Below are positions 54,660 to 64,000 of a stretch of 64,000 nucleotides of DNA, one piece after another. The notes under the pieces are model-generated. The model had not been told where the DNA came from. It saw only the letters and a list, made by a program, of their open reading frames with translations, and did no database searches. Positions within the stretch are counted from its first letter, which is position 1, and each line of letters begins with the position of its first letter. The position numbers were made by a program, and so were the translations under genes. The stretch is from Amphiscolops sp. MND2022 (taxonomy: Eukaryota): NCBI GenBank assembly GCA_964187785.1, contig OZ076410.1, forward strand, positions 52,204,001-52,268,000. Direction: 5' to 3'.

Positions 54660-57600
54660 TTGTCTTGCTGGGTACCTTCACAAGATTTGATTACTGAATC
54701 CCCGTGAAAAAGAAACTTGGTTGACTGTACGCCGGCTATGAGTACTTATAAACTTCAGGGTATATTTCGAAAGTTTTCGGGAGCATGAATCGAATGTCTT
54801 CTGGATGGTTCCTTCGAATTTGCCCCAAGCGTCTGGCTTCAAGGGGCTCTGAAATAGACATCTATTTGGTAATGGCACAAAATCAGGGCTGTCAATAGCA
54901 TTGCTGTATACAGCGCGGTAAACCGCAAGCTGCTGTTTGCTGTGTAAACAAAAACTTGCTGTAAAACAGCTCATTCTCATTTTTTTGTGTACATTCGCAT
55001 TTTACTATTTAACATTGAAAAGTTTCTTGCATTTTGTGTCTTTCACAGGCATTTCGCTTTTATGTCTGTTTATTTAAAATACTTTACAACTGAAAATGAC
55101 TTCAAAAAACGTCGCACGTGCTCAGTTCGGATCAAATTTAAAGACTTGCATACCTATGGAACATCATTACGAACACATATGCTTAAACAACACCCTGAAT
55201 TGTTCGAAACAGACAGTAAACAGTCAAAACTACCAAAAACTTCTGACTTTTACACAGAAAACAAACATGATTTACCTGCTCTCCCAAAGTTAGACAGAGT
55301 TGTTATTACAATTTGTTCATCAAAACACGTATTGCCGTTTGATATTGTCGAGGACCCTATCTTTCAATGGGGATTCAATTTTAGTGGTTTTGACAGAAGA
55401 ACAATTTCCCAAAGAGTTACCGAGTTAGCTGAAGATTTAAGAGTTAAAATAAAATCAGAGTTTGCAATTAAATTCGTTTCAATCATGTTAGACGGATGGA
55501 CAAACTCAATCACCAAAAACCATCATATTTGCTTCATTGTTAAAGTCGATGAAACGTTGTATTATTGGAGCAGTATTGTTGTCAGGGATAAAACAGCAAG
55601 CAGTATTAAAGATTATACAATTTCCGTTGTTGATAATGTAGAACAAAGTGGTGGAAAGGTTGTCTCATGCGTTGCTGATAATGCTAGGAACGTCCAACTA
55701 GCGCTTCGTCAAATATCACAAGAAAAACATCCTTCCACCAGCCAGATATGAAGACTTCAAAGCGGAAGAAACAGCAATTGCAGATTGTGTAATTCTGGGT
55801 CAGCCTTTAATGCCAAACAACTATCCCGTCCATCAAACGCTTGCAAATTTAATCAAGAAATTTCCGGTTTCTGAAGCTAGCGTTGAACGAGCTTTTTCAC
55901 GTCATAAGCTAGTTCACAGCCGATTACGGGCAAGTTTGGGCGTCGAAAAAGTAGACGAGACACTTTTCATATGTTACAACTTTGAAGTTAATCTGAAAGT
56001 GTCGCAAAAGGACAAAAAACCCATTGAACTCGAAAAAGAAATTGAAAATTGGAGTACTGTTTATATTGATGATTTGGTAGAAATTGATGATGAAAGTTAA
56101 AATTTTTCAAAGTGATTTAGTTTTTAACAATGTTTTTATAATTGCTGTATACCGCGCTGTATACAGCGTTTTGAAAGTTGTATCTGTTTTACCGCAAATT
56201 GTGTTGTATACAGCATTTTGTACAGCCCTGCACATAATCTATGGTTTTTCGTAAGTTTTGGAGAGTCATTATCGAGACACTTCCTCAGCTGTTTCCTGTA
56301 GAATGCGTCAAGGTCTTTCGATTTTGTGAGGATGAAACTCCATGTTGAGCAGTGAAACAGTAATATGGATCTCACGTAGACTTTGTAGATCTTGATCCAT
56401 TTTGGGCTGGAATGAATTTGTTTCTCCATATTTTTCTGTACTTTGCCAGTGCGAAATGTGGCGGTCGTTTTCGTCTTCGTGTTTCTGCCGCTTCATCCAG
56501 GATCGTTCCTAGCTTTTTTAACCTTTTCTCAGGTCTGTGTCTTTGGGTATTAGAAAAAATGTTTTTGTGTCGTTTACTTGCCAATTTAGCCCAGCCAGTA
56601 CTTTTATAGGCTGTTTGAACACTGATACCTTGCTCTTCAGTGTCAGAAAGAAAATCCACATGGTCTGCGTATTCCAGGTGATTTGGAATGCTCGGGGTGA
56701 CGTTTTTCTAGTAGTTTTGTCCGTGTATTTTGGTACAGGATCATTCGGCTGCGTAGCTATGAACTGATGTGAGAGGTTGATCAATTTCACGCAGAGATTC
56801 AACCAGGTATACAGTAAATAACATCGACGACTGTCCATCCCCCTGAGGGACACCCTTATTGGTTTTACATCGAATTCCTTTCTGTTAAATTCTTTTGACC
56901 TGCAGCGTGGTCTTTGAGAGGTGCAACTTCATGCGATTTCTTTCACTTTCCTGTATCCCTCTGATTCTCAGTATTTGATTAGTGTGCTTCGGAAGACGTT
57001 GTCAAATGCCCCCGACATGTCTTTGTTAACACAGTATTTGTTGAAACTTTTACCGATTGCACCGGCTATCATCTACTAATGCCCAAGTACTATGTCCCCA
57101 GAAGACCGTTTGTATCTGTACGAAAACTGTGTGTCCGATAGCGAGTCTTCGATGATTGGATTAATTCTTTGGAGTACCATCTCTGAGAGTAGCTTTCTCC
57201 AGACTGATAGCAAAGTCACGGAACTGTATTTTTTTGGTTTCGTTGCGTCCTTGCCCGGTTTTTCGTTGGGTACTAGATAAACCTGCTTCAGAATGTTATC
57301 TTTTCTGGTAATGAATTCATTCAGCTTGTTTGTGATAAGTTGTACGCCCATTTCCTTGAGCTGGTGTGCTGTTACAGCATCTGGTCCAGGAAATTTCCTG
57401 TTTTTGAGCTTAACGACAGCTTTGGAAACCTCAGTTTTCAACGATGTGGTCTGATCTGCACTTATAGGTACGCATTAGCCATTCGTGAACTGCCCACTGA
57501 AGTGCTGTTAGTTTTTCGATTGTAATTTGTTGTTCTTCTCTCTTTATTCTCTTCTTCAGGAATTGTCAAATGGCAAGTGACGATGATTCCAATTGATTCT

Positions 57601-58607
57601 TCAAGCATCGTCTCCAGATGTCCGGTTCTTCTTTTGATGCAACTGTTGATTCTGGTTTTGTGATTTTTCAGATCTTTCATTTTATCAACATCTTTACACT
57701 GAGACATTTTCTCTCTGATAGTACGTTTTTTTCGCCCGCAGAGTTAACTAATTTTTGGTCTATCATTGATCTTTCGTATTTTCATCGCTCAAAGTAATTT
57801 GCTCTCCTCAGGGTTATTAGAATGATCTCGAATTTGTCATCGAACGCTTCTTGAGACTCTGAGAACGATATAGTCTGCCTGGTTGTATACTTTCTTGATA
57901 TTGATCCACCCTTCCCATGTGGTTATATGGCACGCCCTGTACATGAAAAAGTGTTTGACGCAAGTAATTTGTTCTCGCAAAAAAATTGCTGGAAATTGTT
58001 GCCAATGTTCATTCTTGGTGCCTCTTGCATGCGCACCAAAAGAATCCATACTTGGTTGCTTGCCAAGCTTGGCGTTGAAGTCTCCAGTTTTTATGCAATC
58101 CATGCCCTTGAACCTCTTGAGTGTTTCAGCTAGGTGGTTATACAACTGCAATACTCGTCTTTGTCCACTAACCCCATATACGGAGCATACGCATATTATG
58201 ACCACCAGACTGTTCTTTTCCTGCTTGTTTCGAATAACTTGAGATTTAGGCTCTTGGTGTTTCTGCATTCCCACTTTCTTTTCTTCTTCATCATGTGATA
58301 CGATATTCTTGGTTGGGTTCGGCCCATTGTGATGACTTCTAGGCTTCTTTCAACTGCAAAACCCATTCCGTGAACATTTTGCCTATCGAAGGTGATTATC
58401 CTGAAACTTCCGAATTCCTTTTCCATTTTGTTGCATTTCGTCTCTTGCAATCCTGAGACAGATTTACCTTTGCGGAAGAGGTTGTAATGGCTGCTTGATC
58501 CCTTCACTTGACCCACCTTTACGCCGTCATGTATCCGGTGCTCTGTACTGCGGATCGTTACCAAACACCGCTTGTTCCGTAAATTAGAAGGACTGTATCT
58601 TGACTAA
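54660..58607 (-). mobile_element. RTE-like LINE (APE endonuclease + RT), decayed, interrupted by a hAT element
   Basis: APE motifs SGLQET, GMGFAV, GDFNAKLG and NQADYI. RT motifs KFPGPD, LLSVWRKLL, GVPQGDG and EYADHVDF. The C-terminus KIYKVYVRSILLFHCSTW...LDAFYRKQLRKCL continues on the far side of the hAT insertion. Confidence 0.85.
54884..56230 (+). mobile_element. hAT DNA transposon, internally deleted, 1347 bp
   Basis: TIRs are cagggctgt and acagccctg, with subterminal gctgtatacagc palindromes. The 8-bp TSD reads cacaaaat / cacataat (7 of 8 match). Protein motifs include a BED-finger remnant GTSLRTHMLKQHP, LDGWTN, VADNA and the hATC motif SEASVERAFS. Confidence 0.92.
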
Positions 58608-61336
58608 TATCTTTTTTATTTTATCAACAGCCGAATACTTTTTCATAACAGAAACCTGGTTAGACGATAACTTCGCTAAAAACGATTTTCCGAAAAATAT
58701 CCCTCAGCAAATTTGTCGCAGCGATAGAACCACTGGTATACATGGAGGAACTGCTGTATTCGGACAAAGGGCTGGAATTGGAAGTTTCGTCTCAAAGAAA
58801 TACTATTTCGGCTGCTCGGTTATCAATAATGATATTCTGTCTAAAGTTTTTTTACAATCCACCGTCCGACAGTAAATACAGAATACCTGATGAAATACTG
58901 ATGAATTTAATAGACGAAAACATAACCAAACATTGTTGGTCAAAGGATAGTAATATTTCTAATAGGCGACTTCAATTTCCCCGATGTCGACTGGGATCTT
59001 TTTCCTGCCCGTCAAGTTACATATTGTCTAGAGTTTACGCAATTCCTTGTGGACCAGGCTTTTAAACAAAACATTGATTTCGCCACACACGTCAGTGGCA
59101 ATACTATTGATCTTTTCCTCACAAACTTCAGTTCATTCTTCGTGTTCGAACCCAGAATGATCAAAACGCTCTCCGATCATACTCTCATCATAACTGAGAT
59201 ACCAGTATTCACATATCAAAATGATGAACCAAAACCTTCAAACGCTCTTTGTTTCGATGAATTTTCTATACTGGGAACCAATGAAACTCTAGCCTGCTTT
59301 CTTTTTTTTCGAGATCGAAGACCCAGCAATCTATTGTAGCCAATGGTTTTCTATGTTCATGGAAATCCTCAGCTCTTATAGCTAATGCGAGAAACGCAGC
59401 TCAAGAAAGCAACTACCAAACTACTACTCGTCACATACTGTTCATGTACTCATTCGTTTTAAAACCTCATTGAATCGATTGAGTTAGACTTTTTCATCTT
59501 CCTGGAAACTTTTCTTTCATATAACGAAAACCCCAATGATTACTTCAAATTAATTGCATCCTTCAACAGTAATTAAAAGTATCCCTCTGCTATGAAATTC
59601 AATATTCGTCCTGTTACTGGTGATAATCAAATAGCAGAAGCTTTCAAACGCTTTTTGTGTTCTCTGTTCCTTAGTCACAAAGTTGATTCCATGAGTTTAG
59701 ATTTCTCAAATTCAGTCCATAATGATCTCGAGTTCACACTGGAAGATGTGTCACAAATACTATCAAAGTGTAGCCCTGGCTCAGGTCCTGATAACATTCA
59801 AGGCTCTAATATCAAGTCCACCGCAAACTCTTTATCAATTCACGCCCTAAATCTTGTCAGAAAAACTGTTGTCTCATGCAATTTTCCCTACGAATGGAAA
59901 TATGTTGATATCAAGCCATTACATTAAAAAGAGAGCGAACTCTTGATCGAAAACTACAGACCGATTGCAAGTCTTAGTAAACTCAGCCTCTGTTTTGAAC
60001 GTCTCCTCTATTCCAAACTGTACAATATTATTGAACCACAACTGAGTAACAAACAACACGGCTTTCGAAAGAAACAATCCACTGCGGGACAACTATTAAT
60101 TCATTTCATTATCTTTTTTGAAGCACGTGACAATGGGGATGAAATGTTTACTCTATACTTAGCCTTCTGTAAAGCCTTCGACAGAGTAAACTTTAATCTA
60201 CTTATTACCAAGCTGCGATCATTTGGAATTGACGGTTGCCTTCTCAAATTGATTTATTCCTATTTAACCAGTCGAAAACAAAGAGTGATATTCAACCGTT
60301 CTCCCTCGTCCCATCAATCAATTGAAAGTAGAGTTCCACAAGGATCGCTAGATGGTCCACTACTATTTTTAGTTTTCATGGATGATTTTCCGAATAAATT
60401 GTTTACCTCTGAATGCCTTCTGTATGTTGATGATGCAAAAATCAGTATTGTAAATCCTCTACTTTTGCAAAACAACAAATTGAGTATCCACACTCGGGCT
60501 GAAAAGAACAAAATGAATTTCAACCTGGACAAGACCATTCTCATCTGGTTTACCCGGAAAAACAACCTTGAAGCACAGCCAATATTAGTTTTTGGTGGCA
60601 ATTAGTGACTGATCTGGTTATCATGTTTTGTCATAACCCCTCATGGACAATTCAAATTGCTGATAGAGTCTCTAAAAGATTCAAAAGATATATTATAAAT
60701 AGACGAAAACTTCCGACATAAAAATAAGTGCCCAACAAAAGAGGCGAATGTAACTATCCTCTTTTTGACCGACACTAACTTATGATTCTGCTCCTTTCTC
60801 TCCAAACAAGCAAGATCCTACAAAACTCCATAGCTTTCAATCCAGGGTAATTAAATGGATATACCCTTAGTCAAAGTACCGAACTCGACTCCTAGAATGC
60901 AATTTACTGCCTGTTTCCGTGTTGTAGTTATACGACGTTCTGCTGCAGAACAAGATAATCAACGGAGAGCTCGGCTCAGAGCTACAAACCCATCTTCAGA
61001 TCGTCAATAAAGTATCTTTTTCATTTGAAATAAGAGCCTCTACAACTACATTGTTTTCCGAGAAGAGTACACGATTAAAAGCAACAATTATTGCTACTAC
61101 ATTAGAGCAATAAAATTAGCAAACTATCTCTCAATTAACTTTAACGTGAACTTTAAAGACAGTCACAAAAGCTTGAAAAGATCTATGAATATCATTTTCC
61201 GGAACAACTTCGGTAATGAATATGAACGAGATGGTTGTAAGCAAAATATTAGGTGCTAACTTTTCATTAAACTAATCTCTTTCATCAACCTGTTTATGTA
61301 GACATACATAATTAGGTCTTCTACTATTACTACTAC
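58608..61336 (+). mobile_element. CR1/L2-group LINE, 5'-truncated, decayed
   Basis: APE motifs ITETWL, DRTTGIHGG, GDFNFPDVDW, DLFLTN and SDH. RT motifs NYRPIASL, QHGFRK, KAFDRV, VPQGS and LYVDDAK. The 3' tail is ctactattactactac. Confidence 0.9.
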
Positions 61337-61395
61337 TGCAGGTCGTTACCAAACACTGCTTGTTCCGTAAACTAGTAGGACTGTATCTTAACTAA

Positions 61396-64000
61396 ATGGG
61401 ATCCAATGATCTCGAATTGTTCTTCTTCATTGTCTCCTAACATGTGCAACTCTACACAAATTGAGAGTAACTAACATCCAACTTGACTATAGCAATTTAG
61501 TCGTTAAAAATTCTGTACCTTGCTTTCAAAGACACATGAGTAAATCACTTATTAATTTGTATAGCAAAACTGGGTTTTCCTGTGGTCCGACTTGTAGGTT
61601 GCGTTCGGTGTTTTTTGCTCGAAATCCATGGGAAGTACGGGGTCAAGTGCACTGAATTAAAATTCGAGATAGCACCTCTAGTATGTATATACCAGGTTTG
61701 GGCCTTGTTGGATGGGTGCTCTTCAAAAAGCGGGCGAGTGGCTTTTTCCCGCAAGCCTATTTTTGCTGAAATTTTATATTTTCCTATAAAAACCCTGACA
61801 AAATTTCTAAGTTTTCTTGAGATATAAGTTTCAACAGTCATGTTCTTGTAATTGACTGGCCCCAACAATATCAAACCTGTTTTTTGACCAAAAACCCATA
61901 TAAAAGAACAGGGGTGCAATTCCACTACTGGTCGTTTGAGTTTGCCATCTTCCATTGTTGGTTTTGAGAACTCCAGTTTCGTAGTCATGTTTGACAGTTG
62001 TTTGCTGTGTTCTTTCTCTGCTGCAAAAATTTTCCAATCCATAATTCACAATTGGCTGAGCATACAATTATTCACTTAACGCAACAAAAAGTTTCCATGA
62101 GAGCTGTTTTCAAAGTTGCTTCCATAGTTTTTCCATTTACCAAAAACTTCATCATCAACGTCCGACATTCATTGCGTCCAATCAATTGTTTTCTTTTCAA
62201 ACTTTGAATAACGAAAAAACTTCAGCTCAAATAAATCTGCTTCCACGATTACTTCAACATCCCAACGAGTAGCTTTCCACAGTAGTCGAAAATGTCTCCA
62301 GCCAGTTTCTCAGTGATTGCTGTGCTGGACAACCTATCATCAAAGTTGACTAATCGCGGGACGAAATGTCAAACCCAGTTTGTTCTCTAATACTTCCATA
62401 ACCCTGTTTCGGATCCGGCCTTCTTCAAAGGTTGTTGAATCATCATAATCAAAAGATAAAGAGACTTTTCAACATTAAGGAAACTGGAGGTCTTCCTTTT
62501 GTTTTCGATGTTCTCAGTGCATCTGATGAAGCAATTGTGTTTTGAAGTCTCTCTGAGCTACAATTTGCTCTTCGCTTTCGGACACTCTTGGTATTCCGTA
62601 GCTTCATCCGAGTTGTCTCCTAGTAACTCTTTTGCTTCTGTTTGTAGGAAGTCACCTAGCTTCTCTCATAATACGTCGACTTCTTGCCATGTTGTCATGT
62701 AGGTTTCTCTCTCAGTATCGGAATTATCATTAGGAATGTCTACTTTACCGAAAGCTTCAAACTGAGTCCACATTGTCTTGAATAGTGTAGCCGGCGATTG
62801 CAAGACACATTACTCAAACCTGCTGTTGTTGGTACTTCCAAAAAACACATTCGTTCTTGTCACTGAAATGTTGTCTTTGAAATCATGTAGCCAAATTATG
62901 TCATCTTGTTATCCATTTTCGTTCAACTGAGCTCTTTTCTACATTCCATGTATCAGGTTCGACTTAAGTTCAATCTTCCAAGGTCTTTTCTTCGGTTGCT
63001 TGCAGTGGCCGTTGGACAATTGACTTTTATCAATGTCGTTAGCTTGTGCTACTGCGTCTCCCCCAGAGTTTCCATTACCAGTCTTATGGATCCATACCAT
63101 ACTATGATTCAGGATAGTTTCTTCAACAAGTTTGACTCTGAAATCAAAATCAATTTTCTTTCCAAATGATGCATTCATGGATTGTGTTTCCTTTCTGATA
63201 TTGCCTCTCACGGGTTGGTCATGCCGCATTACTTTTGATACATGGCTACTCCACGCGAAGTATTTTGAATTGCAAAGTGTTGCTCATTCACAAACTCCTT
63301 ACTATTGTCAAATTGAAAACGTTTGTTTCCTTCTTCAATAGTAGAGTAACGGCACTGCATATCGACTTCTAAACCTTTTGCCGTTCTTGTACGTGCTCTA
63401 GTACTGTGAAAATTCTACAATTTTTGCAGCAGTTCAAAATGTACAATTGGAATTTTCAAATTTTAGTTCCTTGTTGCAAATGCTAAGCTTCTATGCTTTT
63501 TCCCTAATTCGATCATTGTGTAATTCAAGATCTCCTCTGTTTGCACTATCAAAATTTCATTTCTACTCAAATGAAATTCCTTTTTCAAAACGTGTTTGGC
63601 ATCTGCGAGGAGGGTCCACGAACGGAAGTCTTGTTGTTGATTTCCTACAACGCCTGTCTCTGACCAGTTTCACATCCAATCTGATGTGAGAAGCTTAGAG
63701 GAACTTTTATAGGCATCGCATTCAACATTAGTCAAACTTGAGCATCCACGTGATTCACGTTTGATAATTTTGTCTTGCATCGTTCATAGTTTGGACACTT
63801 GTCTGAAGACTTGATCTGCTCAGATTTCCCATTCTTCACTGTACTTTTTCCTTTTGTTGTCCGGTCAGGACCTTTGAGCAAAACCGTTTCTTCTTGCTGG
63901 TTCGTGAGTTCGTCTCTTCGTTTCGGCAATTCAACGCAATCACTTGAACTTTCGGTGCTTGGAGTATGAACTACTTTCAACGCTTCTATGGTTCGAGCGT
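61396..64000 (-). pseudogene. Unidentified decayed coding-like sequence contiguous with the 5' end of the RTE-like LINE (possible ORF1 or N-terminal extension)
   Basis: Fragmentary minus-strand ORFs (61545-62042, 62939-63229, 63732-63980). The 62-bp duplication links this region to the start of the RTE APE domain. No domain was recognised with confidence. Confidence 0.3.

Noticed and set aside
54100-54880. 5' LTR and primer-binding site of the Copia element
   Set aside because: I found no second copy of the 50923-51159 sequence and no tRNA-complementary PBS. The 5' end appears lost.
49809-58242. Numerous plus-strand ORFs opposite the CRE, Copia and RTE elements
   Set aside because: They are antisense shadows of decayed TE coding sequence.

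Overview
This is AT-rich eukaryotic (animal-like, about 70-nt short introns) genomic DNA, not prokaryotic. Bases 1 to about 41.8 kb are one head-to-tail satellite array of roughly 54 monomers of about 770 bp. Each monomer is an ancient dimer of about 330 bp and about 440 bp subunits and carries an imperfect foldback (hairpin) of about 185 bp. The array has local higher-order repeats (1541, 1538, 1532 and 2290 bp), a block duplication with an offset of about 14.85 kb, and three copies of a 300-bp DINE-1/HINE-like (Helentron-type) insertion that carries a tRNA-derived Pol III cassette. The array decays into about 300-bp relic subunits near 42-43 kb. About 1 kb further on lies an apparently intact multi-exon transformer-2 (tra2) splicing-factor gene (minus strand, 43822-46383). 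The remainder is nested, decayed transposable elements. These are a CRE-clade LINE with an N-terminal PHD finger split by two MITEs, a Copia remnant split by a MITE, and an RTE-like LINE interrupted by an internally deleted hAT element and by a CR1/L2-like LINE flanked by a 62-bp duplication. All calls come from reading the sequence by eye; no database search or alignment software was run.
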